DNA of 64,000 nucleotides, taken from Marsupella aquatica. Its lineage: Eukaryota; Plantae; Marchantiophyta. Numbering within the stretch: position 1 is the first letter of the stretch; each line of letters starts with the position of its first letter. The stretch lies in contig OZ316891.1 in NCBI GenBank assembly GCA_973895155.1, forward strand, positions 24,737,899-24,801,898, written 5' to 3'. The position numbers and the translations under genes are program-made. The notes under the pieces are model-generated. The model was not told the origin of the DNA and did not search any database. It was given only the letters and a program-made list of their open reading frames with translations. Below, in pieces: positions 1-8,679 of the stretch.

Positions 1-992
1 GGCCGTGCGCCGCCGGGCCGAAGGAGATTTGTGAGTTCATCTCCAATTTTGACACTGATGCGTCAACCACCAAGGTTTCGGGGCAGACCTTATCACTCAC
101 GGAGCATCGGTTAACGCAAATTTTTGGCCTACCAACCGGGCCGGTGCCAGTGGAAATCCGAATTCGGGATAAGGAGTATACGCCGCGGCACTTCAAACCC
201 GAGGGTAAGACGGACAACGGATACAAGCAGGGGGCGTGCACCAACTTAACCTGTATGGAGCGGCTTAACTTCATACGGACTACCCTACACATGATTGAGC
301 CACGATCCGAGATTTCCCTCTGCACGATAGTGCAGGTGGAACAGTACAAATGACGAAACTGGGCCCAATTCTTCTACTGAAGATTCTCGGGGGAGCTGAA
401 GCGGGCTCAGGGTGGTATGGCTATTGGAGGGAAGACTTACTTGGGGAGTCATATCGCCATTATCCTCGCCTGGTACAAGGCACGATGGGAGGCCAGAGGA
501 AAGAATACGGCCACCTCAGCCCCGGGTAATGACACCCCCGCCCAAGAGGAGGCAACCCCGACTACGCGGACTATTGTCCCTCGGACAAACCCCGAGTCAG
601 AAGCCCCGACTAATACTCCGCAACCGCACCCTGCGGAAATTCCACCGCCTCCTTCCGTTGAGCCTCCGCTACCTGCAGTACAACCACCCCCAATCCCTCC
701 ACCACCTGAAGAAACCTTCCCCTCCCCAGCGCTGACTACGGAGGAGCTCATTGCCCCTGCCGAGGAACCACCGGTACCCGAGAGGATGGAGGACTACCAA
801 GTAGCCCCGGGGACCATGGCCTACGACCTGGTCCAGAAGTTTAGCCAGACTATGTCTGGGGAGTTGGCGACATACATCGGACAACAAGTCTCGGCGTACT
901 TTCAGCCAGCCTTCTTCATGTTAGAGCACCAACCACGGATTGTCTGCCGCTTGGAAGAAGAACTCATGGCGAAGGGGAATGAGATCGGGCGT
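1..992 (+). repeat. Element B 5' LTR, left part (position 1 is about LTR nt 1360)
   Basis: Near-identical to the 3' LTR from 29932; ends at TSD GGCGT (988-992). Confidence 0.95.
3..992 (+). pseudogene. Element B LTR-encoded ORF, 5' copy (nonsense TGA at 351-353; split by element A; continues 21017-21520)
   Basis: ORFs 144..353 and 417..1004 match the 29904..31193 protein; the 3' copy has CGA where this copy has TGA. Confidence 0.9.
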
Positions 993-3900
993 TGTGATGC
1001 CTAGACAGGAATCACTCGGCCGGTTAAGTGGGTAAAGCAGGAAGGCACCCTAGGAACACCTTAGTATAGTGACAAAACAAGGAAAATATAAACAATTAGG
1101 GGCAACCATGGAACCCGGGCCGAGGCCGGAGGTAAGGCTGAGGGTGAAAACCCGATTAGGGTTAGGGCGCGTTAAGCGTCGGCGGCTAGGAAGGATCAAC
1201 GGGAAGAAGGACCGGCAGAGGAGAGGGGTAAGGAGCGCTTGCAGGAGATGGTGGCTCATTTGCGAGCACGAACTAGGCAGACGACTACGGGAGGCCAACT
1301 ACTATCAGCTGCTTAGGCAAGCACTCGGGGAGAGAATTGATACCGACGATCGACCTAAGGAGGGTATGAGCAACGTCAATCAAGCGGCACATTTCTGGGG
1401 ATGCCTGTTCGAACGGGCAACTGAGTACATCAAGACTTACGAGGATGAGGAGTCAGAAAGGGCAGCTCGAGAACGGCAAGAGCTCGCTCGATTGTGGGAG
1501 CTGCAGAAGACGGCTTTCTTAGGAGGCGAACTCATCAAGGACGAGTTCCTGTGGACGCCTACTTCCAATCAACTCGACGATCTTCTGTTTTGCAAAGACA
1601 GCGTCGTCGGCATCCGAGAGGCCATCAAGAACTGCAACGACATACACTGGGAATTAAAGGGTAGCACGGAAAGGTGGACCCGGGCAACGGTGCTAGGAGA
1701 AACCTCCACGGCAGCAGAGATGAAGAGGAAGGGAGCCATCAACGATGAAGCCACCCCGGCAAAAAGAACAAGGTCGGCGGCACCAAAGAAGCCAGCCGAG
1801 CAGCAGAGCAGGAGGCAGGGAGAAGCCGAAGAGGAGGAGGTCGATCCCATCAAGGCCATTCCAACCAGGGATGACACCTGGAAGGGCTGGGCGGCAACCC
1901 TACCGGTGGGGGTGCAACTACATTTTGCACGGGAGGAGGATGCATGCTTTACGGCCATGCAGACCAAGAAGTACCAAGGCTTCATGGCCGGATCCGGCTT
2001 GGAGGCCTTTGTAAGATTACCATGGCTGAAGCCGGAGGTACCGGAGTCAGACCTATTAGAATTCGTGGGGTCATGGGAACCCGAGACCAATTGCACGAGG
2101 ATATATGGGAAGGATTTCTATCTTACTCCCAAGGTAATTGCCGAAGTGTTTGGCCTGCCGATAGGCAATAAGACCAAAGTTGATACCAGGAAGACCTTGC
2201 CTGACAAGGAGTTCCGGTCGTTCCCCGGGCCATCAACGAAGAATGGCTTCTTCCGGAACACCTGCACCAACCCGCACATAGGAGAGATGATCGACTTCTT
2301 GCGGGTGACCATGCATTGTAACTTGCCGAGGGCAGAGATTGGCAAGGCACAGGTCTATCTGGCAGAAAGGCCAGACCCAAGTCGGGACTACAACGGGTAC
2401 CTCCTCAACCAATTGAAGAAGATCTTAAAGGAGGAGCAACAGGTAATCGGCATGGGGAGCGTGTCGTGGCTTGGCTATCACATGCCGCTGTTGTGCCGGT
2501 ATGCCAGAGGTCAGACTTTTGCCCCGGTACTTCCCCTGCAGGTAAGGGCACCCGAGGAAGCTCCAACGCCGAGGCCGTTGGCTGAGAAGCCTCAACCACC
2601 TGTTAGTCCTACGATCGAGCAGGTGTTTAGGCCCAGGAAGGAGGACTTGCCGATGCAGCAACCAGGCATGCAGAGTCTGCTGAAACTACTGGAGAAAGAA
2701 AAGAAATCGGCATCGGCAACAACAACGGCAACGGCAACAATGCAGGACACTACTACAGAGGTAGGCCTACACCGGCTCACAAGAGAAAACCCCTTTGCTG
2801 GAAACAAGGAGAGAATCAGGCCGGAATCCAAGCCAGGTGTTCGAATGTACGTGGGAACCTCAAGCTCCGAATCTGAGGCAGAATTGCCTGAAGCTCCTAC
2901 CGACAAAGAGGAGAGGGAGAAGCCGGACGTCCAAGAGGTAGAGGAGGCAGTGGAGGACTGCAACCATGATAATTCCGGCTATGGGTCGGACCATCACGTT
3001 CCAGGAGTAAGGACCTGTGGCCGGTTTGTCCCCACACTTCCAAGGGTAGTGCGAGGGGACCCCAACCAGCAGAGTAGCCCTGAGTCTCCCCCACCAGATG
3101 TTGCTCCCCCGAGCTTCGACGGCATAAAACAGACGGTGCAGGAATTTCAGGAGCGAATCAAGCAGGAGGAAGAGGCCGCCCTGGCTAAGGAAAAGGATTT
3201 ACCAGGAGGAGATTGGCCGGAGGACATCAGGCGGCTAGCCAAAAAAGGAAGCAAACCTCTAGCCACGATTGAAGAGATCCGCAGGACGGCTTGGGAGCAG
3301 AGGCCACGATGGGCGATGCCGATCACTTCTACTTACTCCACCTACGCTAAGAATAGAGCCATGGAGTATGGTGAGATGTGTGGGGAACTTGCGCTCGGCA
3401 TCTTTGGAGAGGAGTTGGAGGTAGGACCCTTTTTCCATAGGGAGCAGTTGGAGAAGCACCAATTAGAAGAAGCGGTGGCTTTAGAGAGAAGCAAGAAGGA
3501 CGAGGTCATTCGGCGGCTTAGGAGGATGGAAGCCGAGATTGAAGATCTAAGGGCGGCCAAGAAAGCCCAAGATGAACTGCGGATTAAACGACATGAGCTG
3601 AACATCATGCAGGGGCAGTTGGACACCGCGCAGGCTGATAATCAGAATATCAAGGATAAACTAACTCAGACGCAGGAAGAATTGGCCGACACGATCAAAG
3701 AGAGGGAGAAGTGGAAGCAAGAGCTGAAGAATACAGAGGAGGCCCACATAACAGCCAACAGCCGGGCCATGGCGGAGACCCAAAGAAAGGAATGGGCGTT
3801 GAAAGGGGAGCTCGAGAAAATCCGTGGAGCCCTTGAGCAGAAGGAGGTCGAGTTAGGGAAATCCTATCAAGGGATTATGGCGCTGCAGCAGGAGCTTGCG

Positions 3901-5616
3901 TCCCTGACGGCCAGCTTCAAGGCCGACCTAAGGGAGAAGGACGAGATGCTCGAACAGACTTACGCCAAGATGAACCAGATGGAGTCTGTCATCATTGCAG
4001 AGCTCGACAAGGAGCTAAGAGCAACCCAGGAGGAGAGGGCTACCTTGAAGAAGGAATTGGAGGAAGCCCACAGGGAGCAGGAGGAGGCCAAAAACGAGCT
4101 GGAGGGGGCACGTAAGGACCTGGATGAAACCCAAGAGGAGTTGGAGGAAATCACGAGGAAGATGGAGAACCTACAGCGGCGGGCCGGCAACCAAACAGAG
4201 CGGCTAAAGAAACAAGCCGCAGTATTTAAATGCTTAGCTGCAGCAGGTCCATCTCCCATTGGGACAAACCAGTTACCAGGGGTGGTAATTGCCGAAGGAC
4301 AAGCCGCGTCAACTGCACCAGTGCCGGAAGTAAGTGGGAAGGGGAAGGGACCAGCTGCCGAGCCACCAACGAAGAAGAAGCGGAAACCTTCAGGGTCAAG
4401 GAGTAATACGACTTCACAGGCCGTGGTGATCAAGGAGGTAGACCCAGCACCGACCCCAGACAGGGTCACGGCTAAGGATCCAACTACCCTAGGGGAAGGG
4501 GAAGCCGAAGCCGTGGGGGTGGCTGAAGCCGAAGCCGTGGGAGTTGTCGAGGCTGAAGCCAAAGGTGGACCCAGTCAGGCCGATGGAGAGTTGACTCGGT
4601 CAAGGGCAGGTAATCTGTCAGTAGGCGGGCCAACGGCAGTGGCTGAGGAGGAAGTGTTGGGGGCGTCCATTGAGGATCCACCACCGGTGTCGTGACGGTG
4701 CAAGGGCGCCGTTCCTTTTAGGGAGGGCGGACGTGGAGGGAGGAGGCGTGAGTGGGCAGGGCGGGCACGGATCTCCACGTTTAGGATTAGGATCAGAACC
4801 AGGAGCAGCCCTGACACTTAGCTTAGTGGGATTGCGGTCCCACTGGTAGGAGCAACACTTGTGCTCCTGCCTTGCTGTACATAGGTAGATTTGGGCAAGT
4901 AGATTACTGTTAAGTAGATTAGGCTTACGATGCAAAGAATGGCGGATCCACTACCAGGATAAGTACCTGGGCAGCGGGGAGCTCAGGGCCTCTTCTTTAG
5001 CAAGTTTTTAGTTTGCACCAGCCGGGCTGGGATCAAGTAGTACGAGAAGCTCTCGGTTAGTCATACAGTGACCCTTGTGTATATTCATGTTTCCTCATGC
5101 CTAAGAGCTGAATAGAGTTGGCCTCACGGCTTAGTTCGCAGAACTTGTGTATGAGATGTACTGTTTGTATGGCAAGTGCATGGTATGACTCAGTCAGAAT
5201 GAGTCATTTTGCTATTTGTGTGTCGCATTAACTTGTGTGAAGAGTGCCCACATCAACAGAAGGAAGGAAAGTAAGCAGGGGAGTGAGAGTTGGATGTGTC
5301 GAGCTGAGAGAGGTCTTAGCGGCTTAACCAAGCCTATTGGGGATCATTCCGGCGGCGGAATCCAAACATACCTAACAAGACGGAGGGGAAGACAGGGGAA
5401 GACAGGGGAAGGCCTATATTAGGCCGGCTACGTATCTCATGACCCGATGAAGGATCTGTCCAGTATATGTATGTAAAATGTTAATAGTAGTAGTAGAAGG
5501 TTAGCAGCGTCCCATGCCGCTAAGCCGCGGAAACGGCCTCGCCAAGCACGAAACCTGCGGGAACCGGCTTGAGCTGGGGGGTTTCTTGGGTTTAGGGAGC
5601 CATGGGACGCACCACA
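993..5616 (+). repeat. Element A 5' LTR (LTR-A1, 4624 bp, TG...CA)
   Basis: Direct repeat of 11841-16490; followed by a 4-nt spacer and the PBS. Confidence 0.97.
1069..4695 (+). CDS. LTR-encoded accessory protein (up to 1208 aa; real start may be ATG 1108 or 1366): conserved domain, acidic/Pro linker, long coiled coil, basic PPTKKKRK patch
   Basis: Uninterrupted 3.6-kb ORF wholly inside the LTR; motifs GLxxFVRLPW, EF, LTPKVIAEVFGLP, NGFFxxxC shared with ORFs of B, D and E. Confidence 0.85.
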   Translation: MTKQGKYKQLGATMEPGPRPEVRLRVKTRLGLGRVKRRRLGRINGKKDRQRRGVRSACRRWWLICEHELGRRLREANYYQLLRQALGERIDTDDRPKEGMSNVNQAAHFWGCLFERATEYIKTYEDEESERAARERQELARLWELQKTAFLGGELIKDEFLWTPTSNQLDDLLFCKDSVVGIREAIKNCNDIHWELKGSTERWTRATVLGETSTAAEMKRKGAINDEATPAKRTRSAAPKKPAEQQSRRQGEAEEEEVDPIKAIPTRDDTWKGWAATLPVGVQLHFAREEDACFTAMQTKKYQGFMAGSGLEAFVRLPWLKPEVPESDLLEFVGSWEPETNCTRIYGKDFYLTPKVIAEVFGLPIGNKTKVDTRKTLPDKEFRSFPGPSTKNGFFRNTCTNPHIGEMIDFLRVTMHCNLPRAEIGKAQVYLAERPDPSRDYNGYLLNQLKKILKEEQQVIGMGSVSWLGYHMPLLCRYARGQTFAPVLPLQVRAPEEAPTPRPLAEKPQPPVSPTIEQVFRPRKEDLPMQQPGMQSLLKLLEKEKKSASATTTATATMQDTTTEVGLHRLTRENPFAGNKERIRPESKPGVRMYVGTSSSESEAELPEAPTDKEEREKPDVQEVEEAVEDCNHDNSGYGSDHHVPGVRTCGRFVPTLPRVVRGDPNQQSSPESPPPDVAPPSFDGIKQTVQEFQERIKQEEEAALAKEKDLPGGDWPEDIRRLAKKGSKPLATIEEIRRTAWEQRPRWAMPITSTYSTYAKNRAMEYGEMCGELALGIFGEELEVGPFFHREQLEKHQLEEAVALERSKKDEVIRRLRRMEAEIEDLRAAKKAQDELRIKRHELNIMQGQLDTAQADNQNIKDKLTQTQEELADTIKEREKWKQELKNTEEAHITANSRAMAETQRKEWALKGELEKIRGALEQKEVELGKSYQGIMALQQELASLTASFKADLREKDEMLEQTYAKMNQMESVIIAELDKELRATQEERATLKKELEEAHREQEEAKNELEGARKDLDETQEELEEITRKMENLQRRAGNQTERLKKQAAVFKCLAAAGPSPIGTNQLPGVVIAEGQAASTAPVPEVSGKGKGPAAEPPTKKKRKPSGSRSNTTSQAVVIKEVDPAPTPDRVTAKDPTTLGEGEAEAVGVAEAEAVGVVEAEAKGGPSQADGELTRSRAGNLSVGGPTAVAEEEVLGASIEDPPPVS

Positions 5617-5620
5617 TTTT

Positions 5621-5637
5621 TGGCGCTAGATGGAGGG
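5621..5637 (+). other. Primer binding site, probably tRNA-Asn(GUU)
   Basis: TGGCGCTAGATGGAGGG 4 nt after the LTR; 16/17 complementary to the plant tRNA-Asn 3' end as recalled (CCCTCCTTCTAGCGCCA). Confidence 0.8.
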
Positions 5638-5685
5638 GGCATTTCGTAAGCCGTGAGATATGAAGTTAGAACGGAAGCGTAGGTA

Positions 5686-8679
5686 ATGACTGACCTTACG
5701 CCGAGGGAAGAAAGAGTGATTCAACGGGAGAGAGCTCGACTGCAGCAGCTCGCCGGGTGGCATGATACACAGCGACTGAGAGGGGCAGAAAGAGCTGGTA
5801 GCTCCGAAACTGGAAGTGGCGTCGAAGAAGACATACCAGAAGAAGAGTCGGTAAGGAGAAGTGAGTCTCCAACCGACATGGGGGAACCAGAGGCACGGCC
5901 AGACGAGAGGCCAGGGACCAGATTGAGCCAGCGGTCGCGCATACATTACAAGGCATTTCATGGGAGAGGAGATGAGGATCCGGACGAATGGTTGGATGAT
6001 TTCGAGGGAACCGCTGCAGCAAATGGAGAATCGGCCATCAAGATGCAGATTCTTCCCGGCCTGTTCAAGGGTGAGGCTAGGCCTTGGTACAGAGCATTAG
6101 ATGTGGAAGATCAAGCCATCTGGGATATCTTCAAAACACTCTTTGTTAAGGAGTTTCGACCCATTGGAACTTCAGAACTAGCAGTGCTGAAGTTGGGACA
6201 ACTTCGGTTCAAGGAGAACAAATCCTTCAGGAAGTTCTTGCAACGCTTTCAGAAACTGGTAAGACGTACAAAGACCAATGCATCTGAAGGTATGCAACTT
6301 CAATGGTTGGTGAATGCTTTGCCACAGAAGATGAGTTTTGCAATTAGGAAGGAGAACCCGGAGACCTTAGCCGAAGCAATTAAGGATATTCAATTATACA
6401 TTAATGCAGATATCACAAGCCGGAAGAAACAGCTTAAGTCTGAGAGTTCCTCATCAGAGGAGGGATCACCCCATAAGAAAAAAGATAAGAAGAAGAAACA
6501 TTCCAAGAAGTCTAGAAGTGATAAGTCAAGCTCGGATAGTGGGAGTAGCAAGAGTGAGTCATCTTCTAGTTCTGAAGAAGAAAAAACTAGGAAAAGGAAG
6601 GGCAGAAGGAGAGGGAAGACGAAAGTCAAGATGGAGGCTAAGCCACCAGATAACATCGTAGCCCTTACCGAGCAACTTAAGGCTATCATTGCAGAGGTAA
6701 AACCAAAGAAGAAGGTAGTACAGGAGGATAGCTCTGTATGGTGTGCCTTATGTTATAAAACCGGACACCATAAAGATGCTTGTCCTAAGCTTAATACTAA
6801 TCATGTTCGGCATGTGGCCGAGATCAGACCATGTCAGGGAGAAGTAGAGTACTTTTTGGGAGATGCCGCTGATAGTGTTTTCGGCATCAGTGAGACTGGA
6901 GCACGAGACCTATCCAACAGACCTGCATCTCTGTGGTCAGGGTTAAGGAACAATCCAGGAGAGATGTATCCTCGGATTATTCAGAACCCGTCAGTACCTC
7001 CTAGGCCGAATGTGCAAAGATTTGCGGCGTGCTATAATTGTGGTCAACCTGGCCATTTTGCTAGAGAATGCCCGAATGCACGCAAACAGGGTGATGGACA
7101 ACCAGCTCAGCTATGTATGGGATGCCGACAGGAAGGTCATATGCTAGGTCAATGTCCTACTTGGTTGGCAGGCCTGGCCGCAAATCATAAGCTTTTGCCG
7201 ATCAAGATCTTACCGCCAGGTACTACCCCCGGAGGAGTTCAAATCAACCACATCGAACTAGGATGGCAAGAGGATGCCGAGGCAGAGTTCGTACCATCTG
7301 ATGATGAGGCTGAAGCCCTATCAACCTTCTCAGAGGAGGATTTAGATCATGATTGCTACCGGGTCTCTACTCGATCTACCAGAAGGAAGGAAAGGTGGGA
7401 TGGGCTGGCCAAAAATAAAGGGAAGGTTACGGAGGAAAGGATCGACTCTTCGTCAACATCAACAGAAGGAGAAGGGAGGGCTCCGGCAATACAGGTAAGC
7501 CATGAGCCCACCAGTGAAACCAATCCTTCACAAGATAGCGACTTCAATCGAGATCATCCTAAGTTGTTCTACCCCTCTGTTACGGCTAGTGTTAAGGAAC
7601 AACTAAGAGAATTAGAAACCCTGGAGAATACCGAAGCCATTGCCAAGGATGTAAAACGAGCAAAAGCATTGTTTGCTTCAGAAGACCCAACAGCTGTGGA
7701 GACTAGCGTGGCAAAACTGGCCGAATCCAAGACGGAAACACCACCAGAAGAGAAGCCGATTGTTCCCTATGACCTGGCTAAAGATGTACTAGAATCTAGA
7801 GTCTCGGCAACAGTAGGTCAACTATTGAAAAATAGCCCGTACTTCCGGAAGCAATTAAGGAAGGCTATTCTCGGCAAGCCGAGATTACCCAAGGTAGCAA
7901 CCAGATCCGACGTACTAATGATAGAAGAAGATCAAGGAGCCCCAGCATTACCATTAATGATTCAAGGAGAATTATTACTACGGGTACCCATCGATGGAGG
8001 ATCAGGGGTATGTATTATGATTGATTCAACAGCAAAAGGGTGGGGTCTAACACCGGAGATGACTGGAAGAGTGTTGAACATGGCCAATGGATATCAGGTC
8101 ATTCCGACGGGAGTGTTAACCGGCATCAAGATAGAGATAGGAGGTATCTTCTTTAGCATTAACTATGTAGTAATGAAGCCGGTAAATCCTATGTCATTCC
8201 GGCTATTGATTGGTAGGCCATGGCTGTACCTAGCCGAGGTAATAGAAGATTGGGGTAAAAAGCAGTTCACTTTCGGGACCCCCTCTATCACGGTATCCTG
8301 GGACACTAAGGATGACCGTAGGAAAAGCATAAGGGAAGTAGATGGGTACGATAGTGGACTGGAGTCAGCCGATGAAGTACGTTGGTTAGAATGCTTCACT
8401 AACCTAACCGAAGAAGGTGTCTTTGGACCAGAGGTACCCCCCAGCGGATTATGGCAAGAACCAATGGAAGGTGACTTGGAAGAAGAAGACGAAGAGGTCG
8501 AGGACTGCTTTACAATAGAATCCACCTTTTTAGCTGCAATTCCGGAGGAAGTTAAGGATGTAGACCAATTGGATGAGACGGCTAAGTGGGGAGCAGTAGC
8601 AGGGACAGTGGATTTTCTGCAGGCGTTGTGGCAGAGCCGACGGGGTCCACAACGCCATCGATCATCGGCAAGGAATTAA
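5686..8679 (+). CDS. gag: Gag-protease polyprotein (capsid, Ser/Lys-rich linker, three CCHC knuckles, aspartic protease)
   Basis: FHGRGDEDPDEWL capsid start; CALCYKTGHHKDAC, CYNCGQPGHFAREC, CMGCRQEGHMLGQC; protease VPIDGGSG...LLIGRPWL. Confidence 0.93.
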   Translation: MTDLTPREERVIQRERARLQQLAGWHDTQRLRGAERAGSSETGSGVEEDIPEEESVRRSESPTDMGEPEARPDERPGTRLSQRSRIHYKAFHGRGDEDPDEWLDDFEGTAAANGESAIKMQILPGLFKGEARPWYRALDVEDQAIWDIFKTLFVKEFRPIGTSELAVLKLGQLRFKENKSFRKFLQRFQKLVRRTKTNASEGMQLQWLVNALPQKMSFAIRKENPETLAEAIKDIQLYINADITSRKKQLKSESSSSEEGSPHKKKDKKKKHSKKSRSDKSSSDSGSSKSESSSSSEEEKTRKRKGRRRGKTKVKMEAKPPDNIVALTEQLKAIIAEVKPKKKVVQEDSSVWCALCYKTGHHKDACPKLNTNHVRHVAEIRPCQGEVEYFLGDAADSVFGISETGARDLSNRPASLWSGLRNNPGEMYPRIIQNPSVPPRPNVQRFAACYNCGQPGHFARECPNARKQGDGQPAQLCMGCRQEGHMLGQCPTWLAGLAANHKLLPIKILPPGTTPGGVQINHIELGWQEDAEAEFVPSDDEAEALSTFSEEDLDHDCYRVSTRSTRRKERWDGLAKNKGKVTEERIDSSSTSTEGEGRAPAIQVSHEPTSETNPSQDSDFNRDHPKLFYPSVTASVKEQLRELETLENTEAIAKDVKRAKALFASEDPTAVETSVAKLAESKTETPPEEKPIVPYDLAKDVLESRVSATVGQLLKNSPYFRKQLRKAILGKPRLPKVATRSDVLMIEEDQGAPALPLMIQGELLLRVPIDGGSGVCIMIDSTAKGWGLTPEMTGRVLNMANGYQVIPTGVLTGIKIEIGGIFFSINYVVMKPVNPMSFRLLIGRPWLYLAEVIEDWGKKQFTFGTPSITVSWDTKDDRRKSIREVDGYDSGLESADEVRWLECFTNLTEEGVFGPEVPPSGLWQEPMEGDLEEEDEEVEDCFTIESTFLAAIPEEVKDVDQLDETAKWGAVAGTVDFLQALWQSRRGPQRHRSSARN

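Noticed and set aside
1069-4695. LTR ORFs as true envelope glycoproteins or captured host myosin/SMC genes
   Set aside because: No signal peptide or transmembrane segment is visible; coiled-coil similarity is non-specific; the ORFs are intronless and shared among retroelement families
449-4935. Many short antisense or overlapping ORFs (e.g. 1569..2096, 3960..4562) and their repeats elsewhere
   Set aside because: Shadows of long GC-rich coding frames; they recur only because the LTRs are repeated
5411-5425. GGCCTATATTAGGCC palindrome after GGGGAAGACA repeats as the TATA box for genomic RNA
   Set aside because: Position is plausible, but the motif is non-canonical and has no clear equivalent in B or D; not supportable without TSS data
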